This document shows, in pieces, positions 45,984 through 55,824 of a stretch of DNA of 64,000 nt. This DNA comes from Spirochaetia bacterium. Lineage in GTDB: Bacteria; Spirochaetota; Spirochaetia; DSM-2461. The notes under the pieces were generated by a model that saw only the letters and a program-made list of their open reading frames with translations, was not told the origin of the DNA and did not search any database. The stretch lies in NCBI GenBank assembly GCA_963668315.1, contig OY764216.1, positions 2,368,001 to 2,432,000 on the forward strand. The letters are read 5' to 3'. Within the stretch, counting starts at the first letter, position 1. The number at the start of each line of letters is the position of its first letter. Made by a program: the position numbers and the translations under genes.

Positions 45984-46843
45984 CAACCGGCAATTACCTA
46001 CTGGACCAGCTGACCATACCGGCAAAGAGAAAGAACCTTATCTTCAACATCATAGCCCTCGCGATAACGGTGGTTTATCTTTTTCCCATATACTGGCTTA
46101 TCATGATGTCCTTCAAGTCCGACACGGAGACCTTCGGCAAGGTTCTGACCTACTTTCCCCGGGACTTCACCTTTGAACCGTGGCTGGAAAATCTTCGGGA
46201 TAAGGATCTGCTCACGTCCATAAGGAACAGCGCCATTATTGCCACCCTGTCCATGACCCTGTCCCTGACTTTCGGCGTCACCGCCGCCTACGGAATGGGA
46301 CGGTACCGAATTCCCGGGACCTGGCTGTTCCTTCTGGCTTTTCTGGTGACCCAGATGCTGCCCCCCTCTCTGATGCTGACCCCCATGTACCTGATCTTCA
46401 ACAAATTGGGATTACTGGAGACCTTTGTGGCGCCGGCCATCGCCGTGGCATCAGGATCGATTCCCTTTATCGTGGTGACACTCAGGCCCTACTTCAAGAG
46501 CGTCCCTGTCGCCCTGGACGATGCGGCCCGTATTGACGGCTGCAACGTATTCCGCGCCTTTTTCGAGATTATGGTTCCCGCCATCAAAACGGGAATCATC
46601 ACCGTCGCCATTATCAGCTTTCTCCACGGCTGGAATGATCTAGCCTATTCCATGACTTTCAACGTGCAGCCCGAAATGAGACCGCTGACGGCGAATATTT
46701 ACAAATTCCAGAGTAAATACGGCACCCGATGGAACTGTATCATGGCCTACGGGGTCATTCTGGTGATACCGGTTATCCTGCTGTTTGTCTTCATGCAGAG
46801 ATATATCGTGGGCGGACTTACCGCCGGTTCCGTCAAGGAATAG
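45980..46843 (+). CDS. Sugar ABC transporter permease
   Basis: LDDAARIDGC, FLHGWND, QRYIVGGLTAGSVKE. Confidence 0.95.
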   Translation: MTTGNYLLDQLTIPAKRKNLIFNIIALAITVVYLFPIYWLIMMSFKSDTETFGKVLTYFPRDFTFEPWLENLRDKDLLTSIRNSAIIATLSMTLSLTFGVTAAYGMGRYRIPGTWLFLLAFLVTQMLPPSLMLTPMYLIFNKLGLLETFVAPAIAVASGSIPFIVVTLRPYFKSVPVALDDAARIDGCNVFRAFFEIMVPAIKTGIITVAIISFLHGWNDLAYSMTFNVQPEMRPLTANIYKFQSKYGTRWNCIMAYGVILVIPVILLFVFMQRYIVGGLTAGSVKE

Positions 46844-46897
46844 AAGAGACAAGAGAAATTAGACTGACTCAGCTTTAACAAGGAAGGAGAGATTTTT

Positions 46898-48961
46898 ATG
46901 GAAGATTACACGAAAGATGAGCCCCTTTTAGGGGAATTTTATGAGGATTCGGGGAAGCTCTGGTACTCCTATGATGCCGAAAAGGTGTGCATCGAAGGGT
47001 GGGGAAAGAACAGTCTGAGGGTCAGAGGCACCATGCTGCCCGAGATGCCTCGGGACGACTGGGCCCTTTCGGAACCGGTTGACGCCTCATCAAAAATAAA
47101 AATAGACGGGACTACGGCTACCATTGAAAACGGAAAGATCCGGGCCGAGATAAACAATATCGGGCGCCTCTGTTTCTATAACAGCAAAGGAAAACTGCTC
47201 ATGAAAGAGTACGTGAGAAACAGGAAAACCTTCCAGGGCGAGACTTGCAGCTCCCTGGAGGTGGAAGCCCGGGAGTACAAACCCATTATCGGCGGCCCCT
47301 ATCAGATCACCCTGCGCATGGAGACCGATCAGGACGAAAAAATCTACGGCATGGGCCAGTATCAGCAGCCCTATCTGGATGTGAAAGGATGCGACCTGGA
47401 GCTGGCCCATAGGAACTCTCAGGCCAGTATTCCCTTCGCCCTCTCCTCGGCAGGTTACGGTTTTCTCTGGAATAATCCCGCCGTGGGCCGGGCCGTGTTC
47501 GGGAAGAACCTGACCACCTGGGAGGCGCTCTCCTCGGAAAAACTGGACTACTGGATCACCGCCGGGGACACCCCCGCCGAAATTGAAGAGGCCTACGCCG
47601 ATGTGACGGGAAAGGTTCCCATGATGCCCGATTATGCCATGGGGTTCTGGCAGTGCAAGCTGCGCTATCAGACCCAGGAGGAGCTTCTGGAAATAGCCCG
47701 GGAGTACAAGAGAAGGAAGCTGCCCATTTCTGTCATCGTGGTGGATTTTTTCCATTGGCCCCTCCAGGGTGACTGGAAATTCGACGCCACCTACTGGCCC
47801 GATCCGGACGCTATGATCAAGGAGCTCAAGGAGATGGGGATCGAGCTGATGGTTTCCATCTGGCCCACGGTGGATTACCGGAGCGAGAATTTCGCCGAGA
47901 TGAAGAGCAAGGGCTATCTTATCAGAACAGAGAAGGGGTTCCGCATCTCCATGGACTTCCAGGGGAATACGGTTCACTACGACCCGACCAATCCGGACGC
48001 CCGCAAGTACGTCTGGAACAAGGCGAAGGACAATTACTATAAGAAAGGGATCAAACTGTTCTGGCTCGATGAGGCGGAGCCGGAGTATTCGGTCTATGAT
48101 TTCGAGAACTACCGCTACCATAAGGGTCCCAATATTCAGGTGGGGAATATCTATCCCCTCATGTACGCCAAGACCTTCTTCGACGGTATGCAGGCTGAGG
48201 GGCAGGAGAATATCATCAACCTTCTGCGATGCGCCTGGGCCGGTTCCCAGAAATACGGCGCCCTGGTCTGGTCCGGGGATATTCACTCCACCTTCGAAAG
48301 CCTGAGGAATCAGTATGCCGCGGGTCTGAACATGGGGCTTTCGGGAATCCCCTGGTGGACCACGGATATAGGCGGATTTTTCGGAGCCGATATCAAGGAT
48401 AAGAATTTCCACGAGTGTCTGGTCCGCTGGTTCCAGTTCGGCGCCTTCTGTCCGGTCATGCGCCTGCACGGCTACCGCTGGCCCCTGCAGCCCCAGGTCG
48501 GGACGACGGGAGGGGCCACCTGTATCTCCGGCGCTCCCAATGAGGTCTGGACCTACGGGCAGGAAGTTTACGACATCTGTTCCAATTTCCTGACCCTCCG
48601 GGAGAAAATGAAGGGCTATATTTCGGATGTCATGAAAGAAGCCCACGAAAAGGGGACTCCTGTCATGCGGCCTCTCTTTTACGACTTTTCCGGCGATGAG
48701 AAAACCTGGCAGATCGAGAACGAGCATATGTTCGGCCCCGGTATTCTGGTCGCTCCGGTTCTGCACAGCGGCCAGCGAGCGAGGACAGTGTATCTTCCCG
48801 CCGGTGAGGTGTGGACCGATTACTGGACGGGAAAGACCTACGAAGGGGGAAAACAGATAGAAGTGGAAGCCCCCCTGTCGGTAATTCCCTTCTTCATCCG
48901 CAAAGGATACGATCCGGTCGATAAAACAGTCGTTATCGATTCCCTTCCCTTTGAGGCCTGA
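46898..48961 (+). CDS. GH31 glycoside hydrolase (XylS-like alpha-xylosidase)
   Basis: FWLDEAEPE nucleophile, WSGDI acid/base, WTTDIGGF, VMRPLFYDF. Confidence 0.9.
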   Translation: MEDYTKDEPLLGEFYEDSGKLWYSYDAEKVCIEGWGKNSLRVRGTMLPEMPRDDWALSEPVDASSKIKIDGTTATIENGKIRAEINNIGRLCFYNSKGKLLMKEYVRNRKTFQGETCSSLEVEAREYKPIIGGPYQITLRMETDQDEKIYGMGQYQQPYLDVKGCDLELAHRNSQASIPFALSSAGYGFLWNNPAVGRAVFGKNLTTWEALSSEKLDYWITAGDTPAEIEEAYADVTGKVPMMPDYAMGFWQCKLRYQTQEELLEIAREYKRRKLPISVIVVDFFHWPLQGDWKFDATYWPDPDAMIKELKEMGIELMVSIWPTVDYRSENFAEMKSKGYLIRTEKGFRISMDFQGNTVHYDPTNPDARKYVWNKAKDNYYKKGIKLFWLDEAEPEYSVYDFENYRYHKGPNIQVGNIYPLMYAKTFFDGMQAEGQENIINLLRCAWAGSQKYGALVWSGDIHSTFESLRNQYAAGLNMGLSGIPWWTTDIGGFFGADIKDKNFHECLVRWFQFGAFCPVMRLHGYRWPLQPQVGTTGGATCISGAPNEVWTYGQEVYDICSNFLTLREKMKGYISDVMKEAHEKGTPVMRPLFYDFSGDEKTWQIENEHMFGPGILVAPVLHSGQRARTVYLPAGEVWTDYWTGKTYEGGKQIEVEAPLSVIPFFIRKGYDPVDKTVVIDSLPFEA

Positions 48962-48987
48962 TTATAATAGAGCTGAGGAGGAAGTTT

Positions 48988-51006
48988 ATGATTTATCTTA
49001 AAAATAACCGTCTTTACAGGCGGCAGGACAAGGAGCTCCTATGCATCGAGCCCTGGGGAAGCAACAGTCTGAGGATTCGGGCGACCCAGAACCGGGACTT
49101 TGCTTCTGAGGAGCTGTCGGCCCTGCTGCCTGCGGCGGAGGTGGAACAGAAATCAGAGGTGACCCTGGATATCGCGCCGGAGAAGGATCGGGCAACCGTG
49201 GTGAACGGTCATATTTCCTGTCGGGTGACGAGGTCGGGCAAGCTGATTTTCCGGAATGGAAAGGGCGATGTTATTCTGGAGGAGTTTTTCCGGAACCGTA
49301 TAGGCAATGATGAGGAGAACCCCTACAACAGCGCCCTGGAGATCTCTCCCCGGGAACTGGCCCCCCTGCAAGGCACGGATAACTACGCCGCTCTGCTCCG
49401 CTTCGAATCGAATGACGATGAGAGGTTCTACGGCATGGGCCAGTACCAGCAGCCCTATCTGAATCTGAAAGGCTGCGTGATGGAACTGGCCCAGCGCAAT
49501 TCCCAGGCCAGCGTGCCCTTTGCTCTGTCCAGCCGGGGATACGGCTTTCTGTGGAACAATCCGGCCATCGGAAAGGCGACCTTCGGGAAAAACCTGACCG
49601 AATGGTCCGCCCGGTCCACCAAGCAGATCGATTACTGGATCACCGCCGGCGATACCCCCGCGGAAATCATGGAAGCCTACGGCAACGCGACCGGCACGGT
49701 ACCGATGATGCCCGATTACGCCATGGGGTTCTGGCAGTGCAAGCTGCGCTATCAGACCCAGGAAGAGCTGCTGGAGGTGGCCCGGGAGTACAAGAGAAGG
49801 GGAGTGCCCCTCTCGGTTATCGTGGCCGATTTCTTCCACTGGCCCTTTCAGGGGGACTGGAAGTTCGATCCCGAGTACTGGCCCGATCCGGAAGCCATGA
49901 CGAAGGAACTGGCCGACATGGGGGTCAAGCTGATGGTTTCCATCTGGCCCACCGTGGAGAAGGGCAGCGAGAACTTTTCCGAGCTGGAGGAGAGGGGTTT
50001 TCTCACGAGGACCGAAGCGGGATCGCGGATGAACCAGCTGGGGGACGCCTGTTTCTTCGACGCCACCAATCCGGAGGCCCGAAGCTATGTGTGGGGAAAA
50101 ATAAAGAAGAACTACTACGACAAGGGGATACCCCTCTTCTGGCTGGACGAGGCGGAGCCGGAGTTTACCGACTACGAGTATTCCCATTACCGCTACCATC
50201 TGGGTTCCGATCTGGAAGTGGGAAATCTCTATCCCCGGCTCTATGCCCGGATGGCCTATGACGGCCTGAGGGAGGAGGGGGTGGATAATCCCATCAGCCT
50301 TCTGCGCTGCGCCTGGGCCGGTTCCCAGAGGATGGGAGCCCTCGTCTGGTCGGGGGATATCGATTCCAGCTTCCGTTCTCTACGGTATCAGCTCGCGGCG
50401 GGACTGAACATGGGTTTGTCCGGGATTCCCTGGTGGACGACGGATATCGGGGGATTCCACGGGGGAAACATCCATGACGAATCCTTCCACGAGTGTCTGG
50501 TACGCTGGTTTCAGTTCGGCGCTTTCTGTCCCGTATTCCGGCTTCACGGGTTCCGGGAACCCTTCAAGGAAGCCCTCTCCGATTCGGGGGGCGGGAGAAT
50601 GTTCAGCGGTGCGGAAAACGAGATATGGAGTTACGGCGACAAAATCTACGGGATCTGCGAGAAGTACATTCGCCTGCGCGAGGTCATGAGGCCCTATATC
50701 AAAGGGGTTATGGAGGAGGCCCATAAAAAGGGAGCTCCGGTCATGCGTCCCCTGTTCTACGATTTTCCCGGGGATAGGGAAGCGTGGGATATAGAGGATC
50801 AGTACATGTTCGGCCCGGATATTCTGGTGAATCCCGTTCTGGAAGAGAGGATGACGGAACGGTCCGTTTACGTTCCCGAAGGGGAGTGGAGGCATCTTCT
50901 GGATGGCGAAATCATCACCGGCCCGAAGAGGGTCACGCTGAAATCTCCCCTGGAGTATATGCCCGTTCTTGTCAGAAAGGGGGCTCTGCCCGATCTCCTC
51001 TGGTAG
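48988..51006 (+). CDS. GH31 glycoside hydrolase (XylS-like), tandem paralogue
   Basis: Same FWLDEAEPE, WSGDI and WTTDIGGF motifs. Confidence 0.9.
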   Translation: MIYLKNNRLYRRQDKELLCIEPWGSNSLRIRATQNRDFASEELSALLPAAEVEQKSEVTLDIAPEKDRATVVNGHISCRVTRSGKLIFRNGKGDVILEEFFRNRIGNDEENPYNSALEISPRELAPLQGTDNYAALLRFESNDDERFYGMGQYQQPYLNLKGCVMELAQRNSQASVPFALSSRGYGFLWNNPAIGKATFGKNLTEWSARSTKQIDYWITAGDTPAEIMEAYGNATGTVPMMPDYAMGFWQCKLRYQTQEELLEVAREYKRRGVPLSVIVADFFHWPFQGDWKFDPEYWPDPEAMTKELADMGVKLMVSIWPTVEKGSENFSELEERGFLTRTEAGSRMNQLGDACFFDATNPEARSYVWGKIKKNYYDKGIPLFWLDEAEPEFTDYEYSHYRYHLGSDLEVGNLYPRLYARMAYDGLREEGVDNPISLLRCAWAGSQRMGALVWSGDIDSSFRSLRYQLAAGLNMGLSGIPWWTTDIGGFHGGNIHDESFHECLVRWFQFGAFCPVFRLHGFREPFKEALSDSGGGRMFSGAENEIWSYGDKIYGICEKYIRLREVMRPYIKGVMEEAHKKGAPVMRPLFYDFPGDREAWDIEDQYMFGPDILVNPVLEERMTERSVYVPEGEWRHLLDGEIITGPKRVTLKSPLEYMPVLVRKGALPDLLW

Positions 51007-51012
51007 GAAAAA

Positions 51013-51044
51013 CGGTCCGCCTTCCGGTTCCGGGAGGCGGGCCG
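51013..51044. terminator. Hairpin between the convergent GH31 and response regulator genes
   Basis: CGGTCCGCCTTCCGG-TT-CCGGGAGGCGGGCCG, with an A-run on the left side. Confidence 0.65.
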
Positions 51045-51054
51045 CTCTCGGGAG

Positions 51055-51792
51055 TCAGCAGTTTCTCTCGAAGGATGTGAGGCTCATGCCGGTGATCTCC
51101 TTGAACACGCGGGAGAAATACTTGGGATCGGTGAAGCCCACATGGTGGGCGATATCCGCTTTGTTCAGCTGCTTCTCCTTGAAGAGCTTCACCGCCAGGC
51201 CTATCCGGTAGCGTTTGAGGTAGTTGCTGAAGGTCTCTCCCGTATCCCTGTGGAAAAGATAGCTCAGGTACTCCTTGGTGATGCCCAGCTCATCGGCAAT
51301 GCTCTCCTGGGTAATGGAGGCGGCATGGCTCTGCTCAATCAGCTTTATGGCATTGATCACATGGGGGCTGGCATGGGGAAAATCCTGGGATATCTCCAGG
51401 CTGCGGCTGAGATCCTCCTCCCTGCCTTCCTTGAAGGACACCCTGTTGAGGGCTTTCTGCACGTCCTCCAGGGTGACCGGTTTCACAAGATAGTCGACAA
51501 CGCCCAGGGACAGGGCCTTTCTGGCCGTATCAAACTGCTCGTAGGCGCTTATGATGATAAAGCGGGGTATGTTTGTAAAGGACTGGGCCGCTTCGATAAG
51601 GGTCATCCCGTCCATGAAAGGCATGCGCAGATCGGTGAAGACCACATCGGGCTTGGTCAGGTTTATCTCTTCCAGAGCTTTGACGCCGTTGGCCACCATG
51701 GATACCACCTGGCAGTCCCGCGAGGCGCTTTGAATGAGATTGGACAATCCCTGACGCGCTCTCTGTTCGTCCTCCACCACCATGACTCTCAT
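51055..51792 (-). CDS. YesN-type response regulator (REC plus AraC HTH)
   Basis: VVEDE, PDVVFTDLRMPFMDG, DYLVKP, VGFTDPKYFSRVFK. Confidence 0.95.
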   Translation of the reverse strand: MRVMVVEDEQRARQGLSNLIQSASRDCQVVSMVANGVKALEEINLTKPDVVFTDLRMPFMDGMTLIEAAQSFTNIPRFIIISAYEQFDTARKALSLGVVDYLVKPVTLEDVQKALNRVSFKEGREEDLSRSLEISQDFPHASPHVINAIKLIEQSHAASITQESIADELGITKEYLSYLFHRDTGETFSNYLKRYRIGLAVKLFKEKQLNKADIAHHVGFTDPKYFSRVFKEITGMSLTSFERNC

Positions 51793-53606
51793 GCCGATAC
51801 CTCCCCTTCCGCCGGAAGGGGCAGACTGAATTCAAAGGCGATGCCCCCTCCCGTTTCCTTTTTCAGACTTATCCGGGCGTTCTCTCCGTAATAAAGCCTG
51901 ATCCGCATGACGGCATTGGATATGCCTATGCCCCTGTCCTTTTCGTCGGTACCCATAGGATCAGCCAGAATCCCTTCTATCCTGTCCATCCCTGCCTCCT
52001 CCATTCCCCGGCCGTTATCGGAAATTTCCAGAAGAAGCTTCTCTTCGCTCTTCGTGCCGGTTATGCGGATCATCCCGCCCTTTTCGTACCCTCCGAAACC
52101 GTGGATGATGGAATTCTCCACAAAGGGCTGGAGCATCAGTTTGCAGCAGGGCCAGTCCAGAACGGACCAGTCGACATCAATGGAATAATCAAACAGCTCC
52201 CCATGGCGGTTCTTCTGAAGGAAAAGATACTGTTCCACCCAGTCTATCTCATCCTTGAGAGTGACGTTCCGGTCATGGTAGAGGGAGTAACGGAGGATAT
52301 TGGACAGGTTTTTTATCTGGTGGGAAATCCTGAGGTTGCCCGACTCTATGGCATCGTAGTTGATGCAGTTGAGCGTATTGAGGAGGAAATGGGAATTGAT
52401 CTGGGAATCGAGGGCCTTTCTCTCGGCTTCCTGCTTCCTCTCCAGAGACTCAATGGCCTCCCGGTTGTACTCGTAGACTTTCCGGTTCATCTCCTTGAGG
52501 GAGGCTATCATGTTATTGTACTCTTCGGCCAGTTTCCATATCTCGTTCATTCCCTCTATGGGAATCTCACTGTCGAAGTTCCCCGCCTTCAGTTTCCCGA
52601 TGGAGGAGGCGATTTCGTTCACCGGATGTTTTACGGCCCTGAAAAGCATGATCATGAAAATGGAGACGACGATAAAAATAAAGATATAGAACACCACGCC
52701 CCTGTAGTTTATCGCATTCATCTGGTGCAGGAGTTTTCCCTCGTCAATGGCAATATTCAGGGTCATCCCCGTGGATCCGGTGACTTCGCTGATCAGGGAG
52801 ATATCCTCCTGCTTTGTTATACTGACATTCGTGGACCAGCCGATAAGCTCCTTGTTGTTGTGGTATAGTATCTGATTGTTGCCGTCGGTTATAAAACCTT
52901 CCGCGATCGTCCGGCTCTCGGCATTGATGATATTCAGGGTGTCTTCAATGGCCCTGTTGTCAAAGGAGACGGATATGGCATAATCGGTCTCTTTGAAACT
53001 TTTCTCTCCCTTCAGGGGATAGATAATATGGATAAGCCCGATATCCCTGTGAATCGAGTGGCTGAGAGGGAGAGGGCTGATATAGTAGCGGGGGATGACC
53101 TCATCGGCCAGTATTCTCTGTATCTGGTTGTACCAGGATCGGAGGAGAACATTATCCGCCGAAGACCATAAATCATTCGTATCATAGCCCAGTCTGTCGT
53201 ATTGGTATACCAGGCCGTTCTGTGAAAGAATCCCCACGTCGACTATCCACTGGGAGTAGCGGCTGAGCAGGGTGAGGGAGTGGTCCAGATCCTGTTTGGC
53301 CACTTCGTGATCCGTTCCGGACGTGGTCTCGAAATGAACGATATTAGAAAACAGATCATCATTTATGGCTATCTCGGCCCCGATCTGGATGAAATCGTCA
53401 ATAATGTATTCGATGTTTTTATTTGTCGAGGAAAGAAGACTGTTCTCTATGGCATAAGTCCTTTCCTTTAAGTCGCTTACGTATTCGTTGCGCAAATAGA
53501 TCTGAAGCAGGAAAATCAGGAAGAAGACGGAGAGAGAAATGACGGCGATGGACGAATAGACGACTGAGGATCTGAAAAATGAAACAAATGATTTAATAAC
53601 TGACAT
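51789..53606 (-). CDS. YesM-type sensor histidine kinase
   Basis: Two TM helices, HAMP, SQINSHFLLNTL, LQPFVENSIIHG, DNGRG, GIGISN; likely start MSVIK at 53606. Confidence 0.93.
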   Translation of the reverse strand: MSVIKSFVSFFRSSVVYSSIAVISLSVFFLIFLLQIYLRNEYVSDLKERTYAIENSLLSSTNKNIEYIIDDFIQIGAEIAINDDLFSNIVHFETTSGTDHEVAKQDLDHSLTLLSRYSQWIVDVGILSQNGLVYQYDRLGYDTNDLWSSADNVLLRSWYNQIQRILADEVIPRYYISPLPLSHSIHRDIGLIHIIYPLKGEKSFKETDYAISVSFDNRAIEDTLNIINAESRTIAEGFITDGNNQILYHNNKELIGWSTNVSITKQEDISLISEVTGSTGMTLNIAIDEGKLLHQMNAINYRGVVFYIFIFIVVSIFMIMLFRAVKHPVNEIASSIGKLKAGNFDSEIPIEGMNEIWKLAEEYNNMIASLKEMNRKVYEYNREAIESLERKQEAERKALDSQINSHFLLNTLNCINYDAIESGNLRISHQIKNLSNILRYSLYHDRNVTLKDEIDWVEQYLFLQKNRHGELFDYSIDVDWSVLDWPCCKLMLQPFVENSIIHGFGGYEKGGMIRITGTKSEEKLLLEISDNGRGMEEAGMDRIEGILADPMGTDEKDRGIGISNAVMRIRLYYGENARISLKKETGGGIAFEFSLPLPAEGEVSA

Positions 53607-53679
53607 TAATATCCCATTACAGAAAAGGATAAGGCGTAAATATCCATCGGTCAAGTTTTTGTTTGAAAGCCCTGATGGC

Positions 53680-54642
53680 TCAGCCGATGATATCCCTGAG
53701 TTTTTCAAGCATTTCCCTGATCTCATCGTCGTCATGATAGATATACTGATTGGTCAGGGGATGGACCTTGCGGGGACGATCCGGGCCGTCTCCGGTCCTC
53801 TCCTTCAGATGGTCCCTGTACTCCCGGGGGGAGCAGCCGCAGTTTTCGTAGAAAGCCTTGTTCATATATTTCCGGTCGGAGAATCCCGCCTCCATGCAGA
53901 TATCCAGTATCTTCAGATTGGTGCCGGCCATGAGCTTGATCGCCCTTTCGAAACGAAGATTGCTCAGGTACTCCTGGAAGGTGATATCGAAATGGCTGCG
54001 GAAAAAGTGGGAAAGGTAGGTGGGGGAAAGGTTCTCCCGGGAAGCCAGATCGGTCAGGGTGATCTTCTCCGCCAGGTTCTCGTTCAGATAATTGGTGATG
54101 CGGGTGAGACGGCTCTGCCTCTCCCTGTTTCTCAGAGACTCCTCCCTGTCGGTTACCTTGTAATCCGACTCCTTCAGCATCAGGGAAAAGAGGGTGAAGA
54201 TTTCCGACGCCACGGAAAGCTCAAAGCCGAAACCGCCCAGGAAATAGTCATGGGTCAGCCTGTAAAGGGCGGCGGTCAGCTGTTCTTTCCCTTCTCCGGT
54301 CATTCCGCCGAGAAGGGAGGTGGAGGTGAAGCAGATATTTTCGAAGCGGGGGAAGATCCTTCGGCAGATGTTCTGGGATATCTGGACGGAAAGGAGGGGG
54401 GAAGGGCCGGACAGACGCTTCAGACTGTGGGGTTCATGGGAATTGAAGTAGAGGAGGGAGCCCTTCGGAGCGGTGAATTCTCCCGATTTGCTTCTGATGA
54501 GGAGCTCCCCTCCCATGACATAGCAGAATTCCATATCCCTGTGAATATGGGTGGTTCTGTTGATCAGGTTGACGAAAAAAATATTGATATTGTCCACCCG
54601 GGGATATTTGACGATCTCGAACTCTTCCCCCTCTTTTTTCAC
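53680..54642 (-). CDS. AraC-family transcriptional regulator (cupin plus HTH)
   Basis: HIHRDME, HEPHSL, LSPTYLSHFF, AGFSDRKY; GTG 54642 after GGAGG; divergent from the isomerase operon. Confidence 0.92.
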   Translation of the reverse strand: MKKEGEEFEIVKYPRVDNINIFFVNLINRTTHIHRDMEFCYVMGGELLIRSKSGEFTAPKGSLLYFNSHEPHSLKRLSGPSPLLSVQISQNICRRIFPRFENICFTSTSLLGGMTGEGKEQLTAALYRLTHDYFLGGFGFELSVASEIFTLFSLMLKESDYKVTDREESLRNRERQSRLTRITNYLNENLAEKITLTDLASRENLSPTYLSHFFRSHFDITFQEYLSNLRFERAIKLMAGTNLKILDICMEAGFSDRKYMNKAFYENCGCSPREYRDHLKERTGDGPDRPRKVHPLTNQYIYHDDDEIREMLEKLRDIIG

Positions 54643-54792
54643 GGGAGCCTCCCGGCGGGAAATTTCCTGCCTATGACAAGATTGTCGTTTTTTTATCACA
54701 AAATCAACCCCCACGGATAATTTTATCGGGGGATAATTTACTGACAGGATCCTGAACCTGATGACAGGTATGATCCGGGAGGTATAAACGAT

Positions 54793-55824
54793 ATGTCAAG
54801 ATTCAAATATTCCGTGGGACCCTGGAATGTTCACAGCGGAGCCGACTCCTACGGTCCGGCGACTCGGAGTGAGATCGATTTTGAGGAAAAGATTAAAACC
54901 TTTGCAGAGATGGGTTTCAGTGCCGTTCAGTTCCATGATGATGACGCGGTTCCCAACATAAACGATCTGAACGAAGAGGAGATCAAGGAAGAGGCCCGTA
55001 AAGTAAAAGCCCTTCTGGACAAGTATGACCTCAAGGCGGAGTTCGTCGCTCCCCGTCTGTGGATGGACGGCCATACGGTGGAAGGGGGGTATATGTCCAC
55101 GTCCGCGGAGGACCGGGAGTACGCCATGTGGCGCTCCTACCGTTCCATCGATATCGCCCGGGAACTGGGGGCGGACAAAATCGTCCTGTGGCTCGCCCGG
55201 GAAGGAACCCTGTGCGCCGAGAGCAAAAGCCCTGTCTGGGCCACGAAGAAACTGGTGGAAGCCCTGGACCTGATGCTTGCCTATGACAGGGGAATCAAGA
55301 TCCTCATCGAACCCAAGCCCAACGAACCCATCGACAGGAGCATCTGCGGAACCATCGGCCACGTCATGGGAGTCTCCGCCGCCACTTCCGATCCTTCCCG
55401 TGTGGGGGGACTTCTGGAATCGGCCCATGCCATCCTTGCCGGACTGGATCCTTCCCACGAGATCGGCTTCGGCCTGGCCATGGGAAAGCTGTGGGGCGTC
55501 CACTTGAACGATCAGAACGGCATGAAATTCGACCAGGACAAATCCTTCGGCGTGGAGAATCTGCGACAGGCCTTCAATCAGATGAAGGTGCTTATGGAGA
55601 ATAACTACGGGTCTAACGGCGAGTATGTCGGCCTGGATGTGAAAGCCATGAGAACGACGACCGACAAGGACAGCTATAAGCATCTGGCCAACAGCCTGAA
55701 AATTGCCAGAATGCTGGAGAAAAAGGTGGAGAAGTTCGATTACGACTTTCAGAAAAAGTGCGTGGAAACCCGGGACTTTGAAGGCCTGGAGATGTACGTT
55801 CTGGAACTTCTGATGGGAGCGTGA
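54793..55824 (+). CDS. Xylose-isomerase-family sugar isomerase (short, divergent type)
   Basis: FHDDD, WLAREG, IEPKPNEP, ESAH, HLNDQ, FDQD, LDVK. Confidence 0.85.
   Translation: MSRFKYSVGPWNVHSGADSYGPATRSEIDFEEKIKTFAEMGFSAVQFHDDDAVPNINDLNEEEIKEEARKVKALLDKYDLKAEFVAPRLWMDGHTVEGGYMSTSAEDREYAMWRSYRSIDIARELGADKIVLWLAREGTLCAESKSPVWATKKLVEALDLMLAYDRGIKILIEPKPNEPIDRSICGTIGHVMGVSAATSDPSRVGGLLESAHAILAGLDPSHEIGFGLAMGKLWGVHLNDQNGMKFDQDKSFGVENLRQAFNQMKVLMENNYGSNGEYVGLDVKAMRTTTDKDSYKHLANSLKIARMLEKKVEKFDYDFQKKCVETRDFEGLEMYVLELLMGA

Noticed and set aside
47090..50199. 558-aa and 348-aa minus-strand ORFs that resemble each other
   Set aside because: Shadows of the two paralogous GH31 genes; their similarity is inherited from the sense strand.
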